Shown here: piece by piece, positions 15,302 through 32,350 of the stretch
How the letters are laid out: the number at the start of each line of letters is the position of its first letter
Position numbering within the stretch: position 1 is the stretch's first letter
Assembly: GCF_009914755.1 (NCBI RefSeq)
Contig: NC_060938.1
Origin: the human T2T-CHM13v2.0 reference genome, Homo sapiens
Strand: one strand, 5' to 3'
DNA length: 64,000 nt
Notes under the pieces: model-generated
Database searches by the model: none
Seen by the model: only the letters and a program-made list of their open reading frames with translations
What the model was told of the DNA's origin: nothing
Made by a program: the position numbers and the translations under genes

Positions 15302-15840
15302 CCAGCTCTTGCCCGGGCTCCGGGCTCCGGGCTCGGCTGTCCCCCTTCCGCCGCGGGTCGCCGCCTTCGGTCGCCTCCGGGACTCCAGCCGCCTGCACGC
15401 ACTCCCGATTTTAAAAACAAACAGGCGCCGTCGCCTCCCCGCGGCGCTCGCGGGGCTTCCGCCAGCCCGCGCCTCCCGAGGCTGAGAAGTTTGCTGGCAG
15501 GGCCCGGGCGGGACGCGCGGGCTGTCACCCCCCGCTTGCGATGCAGGAGCCTCGGCGCGCCCCGCACCCGTGCCGTCCGCCTCGCGAGCGCTCTGCCTCC
15601 CTCCGTGTCACCCCCAGTCCTGCGATGCAGTGTCAGGATTGCACGGCTCTGACTCATCGGTTGAGCTCACAGCTTGAAAAAAAAAAAAAGAGAGAGGGCG
15701 AGAGGCAACAGCGGAGGAGGAGGACTCTGGCGTGCTACAAAGGATTGCACAACTCGAGGCTGGGAGCGCGGAGCGCCCAGCGGCCGGCCGGCGCGCGCGG
15801 CACCGCGGCGAGCAGGAACCAGCTCTACCACTTCATCAGC
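15302..15840 (-). other. MIDEAS: Non-coding first exon (5' UTR) of the proximal MIDEAS/ELMSAN1 isoform; 5' end approximate
   Basis: Minus-strand donor TGG|GTAAGT (plus strand 'acttac|cca', GT at 15301-15300) inside the CpG island. Gene identity is inferred from the adjacent MIR4505; the TSS position is uncertain. Confidence 0.72.
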
Positions 15841-15884
15841 ACAACTGTCTCGGGGCGGCCTCAGCCAGCAGGCCCGGCGCCGCC

Positions 15885-15906
15885 CACTTCCTGCGACCAA
15901 ATAAGG
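15885..15906. promoter_or_regulatory. Serum response element: Ets site (CAGGAAGTG on minus strand) plus perfect CArG box CCAAATAAGG
   Basis: cacttcctg at 15885-15893 and CC(A/T)6GG at 15897-15906, 3 nt apart, at the upstream edge of the first exon. Confidence 0.75.
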
Positions 15907-16610
15907 CCGGGGAAGGCGTCCTTAAACCTCAGGCGGCGGCCGGGGCTGGGGATTTCCAGCAGACCTCACCTCCACTCACGAGTCGGTCGCCGTCCCCATC
16001 CCCCGCCCAGGCTGGCGCCCCCGATGGCTTTGCTGGCGGGCCACGCTGCTAGTTCCTTTCACACCAAGGTCAGGAGGAGACGGTGACGAAATGTTTGGAA
16101 ACCCATTGAGCCTGCCAGGAAAGTGTGTGTGTGATGCTGGGGAAGGCACAAGTCGCTTTCTTCCACAAAGAAACTCTCTCTGGTTTTGGATACGGTAAAT
16201 CATGCACAATCCTCTCCATGGCATTTTATTAACAGACTCTCCGAGTTTCACTTTCTGGCTCAAAAGCGTCCTGGTGCGTGTAAAGGTTATTGAGAAACTG
16301 GCCTCAGTCCCTAGAAAGGACCCACCATCTCCATCGCTTAGGTGAGGAAAATCTCCTGGATTTAAATCTAGCAACTCAGGCCAGAGTTGAGCGGCTTTTC
16401 ACTCCATACTCACATTTTCCCCTGTCTTCCCTAAATATCCCCCTGATCAATTCTCAGGTCCAGGCCTTGATGCCTCCTTGCCTGACTGGTGGGAAGATGG
16501 AAAACATTTTTGCAGCTCAAGAGGTTGGTTCTGGCCCCCACATTCAATGGGGCTCTAGGGCCAGGGGAAAGTTCAGGGGAGTGTGTCCTATTCTTCCTTC
16601 CAAGTTTTTT

Positions 16611-16657
16611 GGTGGTGGTGCAGTGGTGGTGGTGGCGGCGGCGGTGGTGGCGGTGGC
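16611..16657 (+). repeat. Imperfect (GGT/GGC)n trinucleotide repeat
   Basis: ggtggtggtgcagtggtggtggtggcggcggcggtggtggcggtggc. Confidence 0.85.
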
Positions 16658-18592
16658 TGTTTTTCAAGGAGATGGGTCACAAGGAGATTTTCCTTTGAAA
16701 GAAAAACCACCGAAGAATACCATGTGTCCTGGCAGCCACTTTTCAAAACACTGTGGCCAGACCTGAGAACCAGGTGCATCCCTCACTTTCTCAGGGAGAA
16801 GAGGAGGGAGGGGCAGCAGAATATGATTCTCACACACTCACTGGGCCTACAGGGCCAGGGTGGGGTGTGGAGGACACAGGCAAAACTTGGATCTTCTGCC
16901 CAGAAATCCTGCCAAACCTGCACTTGCTTCTAAGGGGGCATGGCTTTCCTGTCCTCTTCCACCTCTTTGCTGGCTGGAGCACCTGCGTACATGTACACCT
17001 GGAAGTCACACCTCCCCAAGAGGAGAAGGGCTTATTTGCACCATGTTATGATAGATATGTCAAAATAAGGAACACTTAAAACAATCTTATCTACAAAATA
17101 CAGGTAATTATGCCACAGGACTGGACCAGAGGACCTCTTGAGATCCCTTCCAGTTCAAGATCCATGATTCTGTGATTACAGTAAGTGAATAGAGGAGCTA
17201 GGGAAACCACCTTCTACAAAAAAAAGCCCGGGCTCCCCGATTTAGCATCTGTGATGACAGTATTGTTCCTGGCAGCTCTCAGAGCACTTCTCCATACAGT
17301 CTCCTGAAGAGCCCTGCATGTGAGTTTTATCTCTCTCAATCTGTGGATGTACTGAGGTTCAGAGAGGTTAAGTGAATTGCACCAGGTCACAGGGCAAGCC
17401 AAGCATCTGTGACCTCTCTGCTCCTCCCCCAGAGGAAGGCAGTGAGCAATTGAGGAACTGCAGTGCTCAGGCCTGCAGACCCCCAAGCAGAGGCCAGACT
17501 CTCAGGGCTCCTGGCAAAGGATCAGGGTAGAGCCTTTTTACTTTTTTCATTTGCCTGATTTCTTCCCTCCCACTGACAACACATCCAAGTGAGGGAAGCA
17601 AAAGCAAAGCCATTTGGTCTCCAGTGCCCACTGCTGCCAAGTTCCTCTGCAGACCTGTGGCCATCCTCACCTCCCCTGAGAGCCCAGCCCCTGCAGTTGG
17701 CCTTAGGCCAGCCCAGAGTGAGCCCCTAAGAGCTTGTGCAGACCAGCCCAGGGATGTTCCCAACCAACCAGAAAACCTGACTGGGAAGCACATTGCTAGA
17801 AGAGCCTGCCATCATGGAGCCAGGGCCCAGCCTTCAGGGAACAGGTGAAAGCCACTCCAAAGGAGTGGCCCAGGAAGCAGCATACATAGTGGAGGCAGGT
17901 GGCAGGGGAAACAGAGAAGTCAGTGGCCCTGAAGGAGCCTTGCTCACCTTGGAGCGGCACCGCCCTTCACTACAGCTAAACTTCCAAATTCAGGCCACCT
18001 AAGAAAGGAGAGAGAAGAAAAGGGGCACACATGTGTGCAGGGGAGGAGGGCTCAAGACTATACCAAATAGCCCCCCCTTGGCAGGAGAAGTCTACCTCAA
18101 AAAGGCGGGCAGATGAGGCTATGTAAAGAAAGCTGCAGCGCTTCCGGGAAAGCCCTGGAGGTCAGTTTTGCTGCAGATATGACGGTGCAGAATCACTGAC
18201 GTGTGAAGTGAAAGTTTTGGTTTTAGAAGCTCCAGCCCCTGCTACAAGTCTCTGGGGCAACCAAGAAGGTTGACCTTTCAGGGAAATGGGGAGGTGTTCC
18301 AGAGACCTTATCCACAGAGTTGGATTTTCTCCACCCTCAACCCTCTTTACAAACTGCACGAAAAAGGAGTACAGAGCTCCAGTTACCAGGGAGTGTGACA
18401 AGAGAGAAACACTCCAGGAAATAAAGCACCCTAGACAGAATCCTAAACTCTGATTCCCAATAAAGGTAGAATATGGCAAATTTGAGAGGCTTCCTAGGGC
18501 CACATCAGCTCTCTGGACTCCACTCAGAGCGGTCTGTCACTGCCCTGTGTTTCATCAGCAGTATCTAGACCATTAAAATCTTCCAAGGATGA

Positions 18593-18890
18593 GGCCAGGC
18601 ACAGTGGTTCACACCTGTAACCCCAGAACTTTAGAAGGCTGAGGCAGGAGGAGTGCTTGAGCGCAGGAGTTTAGAGACCAGCCTAGGCAACGTGGCAAAA
18701 CCCAGTCTCTACAAAAAAATACAAAAATTAGCCAGGTGTGGTGGCACATGCCTGTGGTCCCAGCTACTCAAGAGGCTGAGGTAGGAGGATTGCTTGAGCC
18801 CATGAGGTCAAGGCTGCAGTGAGTTGTGTTCACGCCACTGCACTCCATCCTGGGTGACAGGGTGAGACGTTGTCTCAAGAAAAAAGAAAA
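18593..18890 (+). mobile_element. Alu (AluJ-like)
   Basis: Dimer; TSD aaaatcttccaagg on both sides. Confidence 0.92.
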
Positions 18891-19544
18891 TCTTCCAAGG
18901 GTGAATTTTATGGTGTGTGAAGTATATCTCAATAAAGCTGTTACGAAGTTGGGGGAAAGCTTCCAAGGAAGCCAGGTTCTCACCTCCCAGCCACCTTCCT
19001 CCAATAAGTCTGCAGCCATCATCACTATTTAAAAGAGAAGTGTCTTTCTCCCCAGGCTCCATACCTGCATTGCTGTCCTTTTCCCACTGTTCCTCCCCCA
19101 ATGAGGCCAGCACACGTGGTGTGTTTAAGTAAACAACCAACCTTTACCAGAGCCTGGGGAACTGGGAGTACAAATATTGTTGAGGGCATCCCAAGTCCAC
19201 AATGCCAGCCAGGTCCCTATGTCCCTTGTGTTCTTGTGTCCCTATTGTCGTTTCCCTCTAGAGAACTAAAGTACAACCTCCAGGACCTCATTACCTACAA
19301 TTACAACAGAAAAAAAAGAAGGGTGTAGAAAACACAGGGACTTAGGAAAACTGTCACTGACCTTCCCTGAACCTCACTTTTTAGGCCCATAACAGATGCA
19401 CTGTTTAAGTGTTCATTGCATGAACAACGAAAGGATGCCCACCTTCCAGGGGCTTGAGAGGATCAAAAGGACAAAAAACTGCTTTATAACTCAATCATGC
19501 TATGTACATATAAGAGGCTACAATTAATTATTTTTACTGTTTTA

Positions 19545-19986
<442 letters not shown>

Positions 19987-21966
19987 CTAGAGAGACTTTT
20001 TCTGGCATTGACTCAATGTCTCATCAGGGGTGTCCTCCAACGCTTCTCTCCCAGCCTGTTCTTTGTGTCCTTTCCACCACACTTTTCCACAGGGCTGTCC
20101 TCCCAGCCTGAGTAGGAACACCCCTCCACCAGCTGTGTCTTCTCAGCCCTTTTTGCCAGGTCTTTTCTGAGCAAACCGCGAGCTCACAACCACCCCAGTC
20201 ATGAAGTTAAGCCACTGTGTGCTGAGATGTCTCTGCACTGTCTTCTCTTTTATCCTTGGAAAAAACCCCAGGGGACCCTCCTCCTCCGCTCACATTGACT
20301 TCACCTGTTCTGGGGCAGGGCCATGCTTGCCACACCAGCCCACAGCTGTCTGTGTCCCTGGCCCTCCCACCTGCCCCCTCCCCAGCCTCCCTGCCCTGCA
20401 GGCCTGGGCCAGGTTCTGAGTGCCTTTGTCAGGCCTGAGAAGGAGCCTCTGTACATGTCCCCAGTTGCTGCTGTCACTCTGGGAGAGACGTCTGGCCGGG
20501 TGTAGGGAGAAGGACAAAACAGGTGTGGCTGCCAGGGAGGGCAGGCCAGCAGAGCCACAGGACTGAAACGCCCTTTCTTCACAGACCGAGAGCTGCCAAC
20601 TTCTCAAAGGCCTCCCTTCAGCACAGTTCCATGCCCTCTGCAGAACTAGTCCCAGACAGACTTCCTCACTGGCTGTTCACTGGAGCTTGGCTTCCCTGTG
20701 TTGTGGCAATGGGCCAAGAGGAACAGGAACTCCAGAGACCCAATGTGTGCAACAGGGCATGCTTTAAAGCACTGATTTTAAATGAAAACAAATACTGATA
20801 CATCATGGACTAGAATCCAACATTCATGCTTATGGGGGTGTACAGGTTAAGAGCACAGGCTGAGACCTGAGTCCAAATCTTGGCTCACACTAGCTTGATG
20901 ACCTTCAGCGAGTTACTCAACCACTCATCTGCAAAATCGGAATGATAGTAAGAGCTTACTTAAACAGTGTCTGGCACACACTAAGTCTTTTATAAGTGTT
21001 GGCTATCATTTTTTCTCATCTATTTCCTTGCTTCTGGTTTTGCACACTTTACCATCCACACTGCCATCAGAGTGATCACACCTCTCTTCAGTAGCTCCCA
21101 TCATCTACTGCATAAAGCTGAGACTGTTAGCTAGACTGTTAGGCACCTTTCCCACACGATCTGGCTCTGCCCCACTTCCCAGCCTCAGCCCACATGGCTA
21201 AACAACCTGAAGTTCTCCAAGATTCCTGCATTCTCACCCTCATATCTTCACACATGCTCCTTCTCTCGCCACCTTGATCCCCACATTATCCCACACCCAG
21301 ATCTCCCACCAGACTTGACCTTAATGGCAGCTCTTCCAGGAAGCGTTCATTGACTCCTCCAAGTAGAGGAAGGACACTGGAGTGTATACTGTTGGAGCCC
21401 CAGATCTACTTTGTAAAGTTGGTACAATGTCCCCCAGATGCTCTGAGTGTTGGCTTTCAAGGACTCACAGCTACCCCATTCTCAAAAGGGGCCTTTGGTG
21501 GGACCAATTCAATAGTGGTGCAATTCATGCTCCAGCAGCAACACACACCTCCTTACTTGGCTTCTTCCCCGGCTCTACCCTGCTTCCCTTCCTCCCTTCC
21601 TCCAGAGACAATTTCTTAAATAAATCCCATGCACCCAAACCTCTGTCTTTGCTCCTAAGGACCAGACAGCCACTCTGTTCCCTAAACTCCCATGGCATCC
21701 TCTGTTTATCTTTACTCCATCACCTGCACATTGTTCTACACCTGCTTATTGCAGCATATCTGGAATCAGAGTGCCATCTACTAGGATGGGAGCTCCTGAA
21801 GGGCACAGCCTAGATCTTCCTCACCTTAGTATCCCTGGTAGCTATACAGTGCCTGCACATGGTGGGTGCTCAGTGAATGCCTGTTGATAAATGCATGAAT
21901 AAAACAGTATATGTGAATATTTAAAGTAAGCAATACAATGTAACAGATTGCTGTTACTTTTATTAC

Positions 21967-22768
<802 letters not shown>

Positions 22769-22888
22769 TAGTATTATCAATAACTATTGAGGCTCAGTCT
22801 CCTAAATTCTGAGGCCTGCACTGCAAAGCCCACAGAGCTATGATGCCCATTATCTGAGCTCAGTAGCTGTTGGGCAAACAAGCTGTCA

Positions 22889-23730
<842 letters not shown>

Positions 23731-24051
23731 CATGCTTGAGATGATATGAGCCTACTGAGTCCACCCCAGCACCCTTGAAGGAAGCCATTTTTCCCATTTT
23801 ATAGATAAGGAAGCTGAGGTTCAAGAAGGTTAAACAGCTCTGCCAAGGTCATACAGATGGCATTTGACCTCTGGACCCTCTGAAGCTTTCTCTCTGCTAC
23901 ATGAGGATACCTCTCTGGGCCCGTGTTTCCCAATAAGAAGTTTAATAAAATGAGGGATTACAGACTGGAGCCTCATGGGCCATTCTCCCTCACAGATGTG
24001 TTTTATTTGACTCACATATTATGTTTTATTTTAACTGAATTTATTGCCAAC

Positions 24052-24323
24052 TTTTTTTTTTTTTTTTTTTTTTGAGACACAGCCTTACTCTGTTGCTCAC
24101 TACAACTTCCACCTCCCAGGTTCAAGCGATTCTCCCACCTCAGCCTCCCGAGTAGCTGGGACTACAGGTGTGCACCACCACGCCTGGCTAATTTTTTATA
24201 TTTTTAGTAGAGATGGGGTTTCACCATGTTGGCCAGGCTGGTCTCGAACTCCTGACCTCAGGTGATCTGCCAGTGTCAGCTCCCAAAGTTTTGGAATTAC
24301 AGGCGTGAGCCACTGCACCCAGA
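24052..24323 (-). mobile_element. Alu (internally deleted)
   Basis: Poly-T followed by reverse Alu; TSD tattgccaa. Confidence 0.9.
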
Positions 24324-25088
24324 CTATTGCCAATATTTTTTTTAAATCAGAAAACAAACTAAAAATCAGAACTTCTGGCTTGTCATGGAAAAAAAATTGG
24401 AAACCTCCTTCTTGGAGGTGGAACTGAGTAGCACTGCCAGGGAGGGTTGCTTAGGTGGGATAGACTTTCCAATTTTCCAAAGATCCCACCCATTCCCAGG
24501 CCACGAGTCACTGTCATTTATCATCACACTCTGCCAGCCTCTGTCATTTCATCCCTTCTGTTCTCTGCTGGCCTCTGAGTGCGTAACTCCTGGGCCAGAT
24601 GCATTCCAGTGCCCCCTCCAGCTCTAACAGCCTGTGGCTCCTCCCAGGGTCTCCCTCGCATCTACCTCCTGCCCTGTGGCCTCCATCACAAGGGCTTCCA
24701 GGGTCTTTCCCTCTCACTCCCTCCCCAGAGTCACTGAGGTGGTGAGCTGGGCAGGTGTGGAGATGAGTGAGACAAGGTGAGGGGTGGGGCCAGTGAGGAA
24801 GAGAGGACTTGCCGTTTCCCAACAGGAAAGTGGTTCAAGGAGATAAATGAGGCGGGAGGCTCTGCAGTCACAGGACATGAGCAGGGTTTGACACATGAGG
24901 AAACACATCAGTAAATCATCGAGAGGAAAAACCTACATCAGCAGCAATTTAGGAAATGCAAATTGGAATATCATTAAGGCCCCATTATGGCCCGCCCCAA
25001 CATGAAAATAAGTAAATAAATAAAACAGGAAAGCTGCTGTTGGCAGGGCAGTTGCATATACGTTGCTGTGCTACCATAAACAGTTTAA

Positions 25089-25437
<349 letters not shown>

Positions 25438-25886
25438 CTGGGTTTTTTTTTTTGTTTTTTTTTTTTTAATTTTTGCGGGTATATTGTAGGTGTATATATT
25501 TAGTGTTGCAAGAGTTTAAAACGCTGACCAGGTAATTACGGTTGGTGGACTATATCCCATAAAAATAATCTAAAATGTCACCACAAGGAAGTTTTTACAA
25601 AAGATGCTCCACAGCACCTGTATATAGAGCCCATTCAGATTATGGTACGGTAAGGAAGAGTAACAGAATGAAATATGAAAGGATGGACAGAGGGAAACTA
25701 TCTGATGAAACCATTTGGTGAAGTCATGTTAAGTGACAAAATCAGCACCAAAAAATATGTCAGGTGAACTTATAAGCTGTGTTAAAACTGCAAAGGAATA
25801 TTAGAAGCAATCAGAAGAGAATTCTAAATAGGTGTCATGTTTATTCTGTTAAGTTGATCAAGATGATTTATATAACAGTAACGACG

Positions 25887-25945
25887 GTGATGATGATGAT
25901 GACGATGATGATGATGATGATGATGGTGATGATGACAATGATGAT
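25887..25945 (+). repeat. Imperfect (GAT)n microsatellite
   Basis: gtgatgatgatgatgacgatgatgatgatgatgatgatggtgatgatgacaatgatgatg. Confidence 0.92.
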
Positions 25946-28332
25946 GTAAGGGCCACTGAACAGGATTTCCTCATCATAAACATACCAGAGGGCAGGTAGG
26001 CCCAGGCCCCTGGCTTGATGAGGAAAGAAGAAGGAATGTAAACCGGGAGAGGAGGGATTGTGACTGGGTGGGGATGGTGCGGGGGAGTGCCTACAGAGCA
26101 TCCCTTATCTAGAGAGCTTTGAAACACCTCTCACCAAAGAAAGGAAATTACACAAATAAACCCACACCAATTAACCTCCAGCGTCCTGGGTACTAACTAT
26201 GACTGCTGCATTTGGGCTCTCAATTTCACTAATACCTTATTTCAGCAACTTCTGAGGTGACACCAGGGCTCTTTGTGGGCTAGCCTAGGTACCCAACCAC
26301 CATTTATAGCATTGTTTCTATGGAAATGTGTTTCAAGCTTCAAAAAACCGAGCTGCTGACAACCCTGGGGCACACACGTGGTCTCTAAATTAGGGAACTG
26401 AGAGGAACAGTTATTGCTGGGGCCTGGGCTCGAGAAGGCAGCTTGTTCCTTAGACACTATGGCACTTAATATTCACATGACCAGCAATGATCAGAACCAG
26501 GCTCAATGCCACTGTAGGGCGTGAAGATGAGGTTGGGGCATCTAGGAATAAACACGATATTCTAGAAAAGCACAGAGACAGTCACCAGCCCCACCTCCAA
26601 ACACACACACACACAGCCATCACTTGCCATGGAACACATGAAGCTGGCCTGAGTACCCCTAATGAGCATCCAGGCGTGCCCTGAGCCCATACTCTCCATT
26701 TTCTCTCTGACCCTGGCACACCTCCAGCCACAAGGTCCTACTTCAATCTGATCACAGAAGAACAAACTCCAGTCTTTGACAGTTCTGAAATTTGGTTTTA
26801 GCAAATATACACTGGAGATAACCAGGGCCCCAGCTGGGTCTGGGCCTCCCTCCACACGCATTCTGTCGGGCAGAGCTTCAGCAGGCTCCAACCTGCGAAC
26901 TCAAGGTACGCCGGGGGCTCTCCAGCTGCCACCCACCTGGGGACTCTGCACAACACCAAGGAGTCTCCCTGTCCTGCCCTGGTCACATTCCTGGGCTGGT
27001 CACAGCAACGGGATGATCATGGACCCTCCAAATAGACACTCCACGTGTTAAGAAAATAAGGCTCTCCACTCAGAAGAAAAGGCTACTACACACGAGGGGA
27101 GTGGTGGGTGAGAAGGCCATTCACCAGATGTCCAGAGATTCTGAGATGCCACAGAGATATGAGAAGGTGCTCAGAAGACAGTCAGCTGCTCAGCGCCACA
27201 CCCAAACCTGCAGCTGCGCGTCCCAGCAGATCTCACGGCAAGACGTGGGGTCAGACGGCCCTGCCTGCTAGGTCAGATGTGAACTGGATGGATGTGGCTA
27301 GCATTAAAGAGCAACTAAATTCAACACTTCAATTAATATGTGCAACAATGTAAGTGAGCAAGACGCTACCTCACTAGGGCCCCACCTGGGTTAGAAAAGG
27401 CTGCAGGAGGTCAATTAGCAAAGCACACCCTCCCTGCTGCCAGTTGGAACTGCAGAAGAAAGACTCAGCTTCCTCCTGCTGTGGCAGGGGCCTGAAGTAA
27501 GAGGCAGCCCAGAGGTGAGTGGGCGGGTGGCTCAAAGCCTCACGTGCTCACTGGGCTGGTTCCATGAAAACGCAGGTGTGAAAATCGTCTGGGGCCCTGA
27601 GCCAGCTGGGGGCTGGAGGCAGAGTCCACGCTGTGAACCCGAGTTACTCAGCCAGTCTATGAAGTCAGGCCCATCTGAATCCTCCAGCCCCTGCATGCAG
27701 TGCCGGTAGCTGATAAAGACAGAGCTGTTTGGTTTTCCTGGTAGTAACAGATGGGAGTCCCTCCCCCTGGCCTCCTTCCCACCCAAATCCAAAGTCTTTG
27801 AAGTTAAGGCCTTGTCTTATAAATAAAAAAAAGATGTTATATAAATTATTAAAGCAATTTCAAACACACACACATGCTCTACCCATAACCTCTTTGCCCA
27901 AATCCAGTTATTGGCATTATGCCAATTTTTACTATGGGCAGTGTAATCAGTTTTTATGCACTTATGCAATTCTGTGTTTTACTTTTTTCATCTAAATTCA
28001 TCAACATTTTCCCAAGAAACAACATTATCTTCATATTAAGATAACAGTGACACAATACTCACTGACTCTAGGTATCATGAATTATACAGCCACATGAAAC
28101 ACTGAGGCTGTTTACAGTTTTGGTTTTGTTTTTTTTTCTTTTCTATTTTAAGCAATGTTGCTATAAATATCTTTGGTGTGCAGGAAGGTATGAGATTAAA
28201 AAAATAATAAATAGATATCTTTGTACTTAGAGCTCTTTTCCTTTTTAGAATTAATAAATTCTTTATTCTTAAATTCTCAAGAGCAATACTAATAGATCAA
28301 AGGAAATTAACATTTTCTTACAGCTTCAAGTT

Positions 28333-28697
<365 letters not shown>

Positions 28698-29287
28698 TAA
28701 TGTATATTTGTTCTTTGTGAGTTACCCGGATTATCTATTTTCCAAAGTAGTTTTCCTAGCAACACCTGTCAATCCTACCAATCAGGATCTACTCTTATAA
28801 TGCACTTTTCCCAGCTCCTCAGCGTCCCTGCTATTCGGAATACGTACCCTATGACTGGTGGATGTTGGAGGTAATACAATTGATTTTCCAGGGAGAGATG
28901 ACGAAGGAGGACAGAGAGGTGTGGGTAGGAAGGTAGAGGCTGGGATGAGTAAGGAGGGGAGAGCAGGCCTTGTGGAGTCAGAAACAAAGACAGATCCCAC
29001 ATTCTGTCCTTTCCAAAATGAGCCCACCCCTCCCTGGACATCAACCCACTCCCTCCACCACTCAGGTTTCTCCAAGCTGATCTTCCAGGGGCCCGGAACA
29101 AACACACACATTCATGGGTTCCTAAAGAGGATTCTGGAAATACCATGTGCTTCTAGGTTCTAGAAACATACTCTGCAAACAATATAAGCCCTGTGCTCAC
29201 CAGTGGTCCCACAGGCCCATGTGCATGCAGGCTCAGCCCTAAGGGTGGCTCAACTTCAAGAAAGAAAAGTCTTTAAAGAAAGAGAGA

Positions 29288-29711
<424 letters not shown>

Positions 29712-31948
29712 CTATGAGGCACCATAAAGACACCGCCTGCCAGGCTCCATTCACAGGAATTTTCGAACAGGAAAGGTACCCCTGTAGTCTAATCCCCTCA
29801 TTTCATAGACAAACGGAGACTGCAATCCCTGCTTTGGGGCTCCCACTGCACCCTGCAATTACTGTCAGGAGGATGCATTCTTCCTCGCAGGAACAGGAAG
29901 TGCCACAGCCTGTCCTGACTGCCTCATGACCAGGTGGGACAGGACTTTCATTTTAAAGAGCCCCAGTCTCTGCTACTATGGTCTGCAGACTTGCTTTCCC
30001 CAGCTCTGTCTCTGTGTGAAGCCAAAAGACAGTGCTGAGCATGAGAAACGAAAGGATCCTCTAATGGCAGCTGGTATTAATATTTATCCTTCTTCAAGGA
30101 GGGCCAGTAGGAAGAGATGCTTCTGCCACCTCTAAACCAGCTCCTCACCACAGACATCTCCTCAGTGTCCCCTCAAAGGCTTCCTCAGGGTGAGTGGGGC
30201 CCCGATACAGGTTTTATACCCCCAAATCCCCTTCCTACTCTCACCAGGGTCTTGCTGACAGGCCCAAGCAAATAGCAGAGACACCAAGGTGGCAGCCCCA
30301 CCAGCAAGCACTAAGGGAGGCTGGGGATGTCATGCAGACAGCCAGCTCACCAAGCACACAGTCCACCAGACATAGGCCAGGTCCTGGGCCTGCCCGATGC
30401 TCCCTCACAGCCCCTCAGGTGGCCCTTCTCGTTCCTGTCACAGAGCACCTACTGTGTGCCAGCCACAGATCCAAGGTGGTGGGGAGCCAGGCACTCCTGC
30501 AACTGACCCCAGCATCCTGCAGGGGGGAAGTTCAATTGCAGAAATGCCATGGTGGCAACTCAGGAAGGCAGCATGGAGCAGGTGACTCCTGGCTGGCCCT
30601 GTGGGCATCTGCCAGGAGGAAAAGGCCAGAGAGGGCATTCCAGATGGAAGAGACAACAATAAGCAAAGGCCAAGAGCATATAACAAGGCGAGAGAAGTGC
30701 GTCCAGGAGCAGCAAGAGGCCGGCTGGAACAAAAAGGGCCATGCTAGGGAAGGGGTAGTGGTAAGAAAAAGGCCAGAAAGGTGGGCCAGGGCTCAAACAA
30801 GAGTACATGTGCCATTCTGAGGAGTGTGGAGCTCCTTCTGCAGAACTTGGGCAGTTCTCAAAGATTAAGAGGGGGTGATATGACCAAAGCTGTGTTTTAG
30901 TAAAATAATTCAGGTTCTTCAAGACTTCTTTTCCACTTTAATGCTGCTTTTAGCACAATTTCATTTCATCTGGACAAAAGTAGGCAAGTTCAGTGTAAAC
31001 TAGGCCAGAACCAACACTGGCCAGGAACTAGGAAGGCCCCTGCTCCCTCCCTCGGGGAGCCAACCAGGCCATGCATCTAAGCGATCCAAGCCTCAGGATC
31101 AGGAATCGCTTCCAGTCCAGAGCCCAGCTCATGACACTCCCAGCTTCCTGGGGGCAGCAGCTTCCCGCTTTCCCAGGGAAGTCTTGGAACACTGGCATAA
31201 AACAGCCAGTAAGTTCAAAACTGCATTTTTCCTTTTAAGGAAAATTAATTCCTTTGTCTAAGATTAATGGAACTGAATGACCAAGATTCCAGTCAAGGTG
31301 CCCTTGCTTCAAAGAGTTATACCCAGAAGATCTGAGGGCAAGACGGGAGCTGGAGCTCACCTTATCTGACACCTCTTGTTTTTTCTGGATGAGGAAACTG
31401 GGCAGGATGTGACAGGTGATGCTGACAGCCCCAGGCAAACAAAGCTGTAGCTCCTTTAGCGCTCTCAGAAAGGAGATAGGGTAGAACATCTCAACCAGGG
31501 TGACATCTTTAGAACTGGAGAGATCACCTGGGCAGCTTAGACACCAGGCGCCTCAACTGTTCCACAAACCAAGCCTGAAACCAGAACTCCAACTTCTAGT
31601 CTGAAAAGCAAAGTGGCACCTCGCAAACACCCTGTGGCCCCAAGAGTCTCACCCAACCTTGGGGAAGAAGCAGAATTCAAGCTGTAACTGCCTGTTGGAG
31701 AGAGCCAACCCTCGGCCTCTGTCCTCGAAAGGCAGCACCAAAGTTTTCCAAGTGGAATCAAATGTGCAGGGAGGATCCAGATGCCGGGATGATCTCCCTT
31801 TTCCACTGGGATGGTCAGATTCCAGAGGAGAATTCCAATTACTAATGAAACACTCAGATCTTCTGGGCACATAACATTCCTAAAGCTCAGCGGGAGGCTA
31901 AGGATTCAGAAGGATGTCCAAACAGATTAAGCTCAAGATGTGGATGTT

Positions 31949-32093
31949 GGCCAGGTATGGTGGCTCATGCCTGTCATCCCAACATTTTGGGAGGCCAGGG
32001 TGGGAGGCTGGCTTAAGCCCGGGAATTCAAGACCAGCCTGGGCAACATGGCAAAACCCCATCTCTGTTTAAATTACAAAAAAAAAAAAAAAAA
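31949..32093 (+). mobile_element. FLAM monomer
   Basis: Left-monomer sequence with A-tail; 14-bp TSD aagatgtggatgtt at 31935-31948 and 32093-32106. Confidence 0.88.
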
Positions 32094-32350
32094 AGATGTG
32101 GATGTTTTCAGTGGCCCAAGAGGGATGCCCTGTCTCCTCTTCCCACATCCAGAACAGCCCCATCATCCCAGTTTGAAGGCTAGAATGGGCTCCAAGCTCT
32201 ATGAGAGACACCTGTCCACCTGGCATATGCAGCCCTCCCCTGGTTTCAGGCACCTGTGGTTGTGAGTCCTGAGAGGAGGCAGAGTTCCACTCTGCTGGGG
32301 AGGCTGCAGCCTCCAGAGCCTTGCTCTTCAGAACCGTAACATCAGCCTCA

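Larger units (their letters stand above)
14480..16050. promoter_or_regulatory. MIDEAS: CpG island, proximal MIDEAS promoter
   Basis: Very high GC content and CpG density, GC boxes, and it contains a minus-strand first-exon donor and an SRE. Confidence 0.9.

Noticed and set aside
14407-16086. Long overlapping ORFs (up to 318 aa) on both strands
   Set aside because: Pro/Arg/Ala/Gly-rich, mostly non-ATG starts, and expected from stop-codon scarcity in a CpG island; no recognisable domain.
25858-26127. Poly-Ser/Ile/Asp ORFs
   Set aside because: Translations of the (GAT)n microsatellite.
30194-30820. 208-aa plus-strand ORF
   Set aside because: GTG start, overlaps degenerate L2/MIR-like sequence, and no domain.
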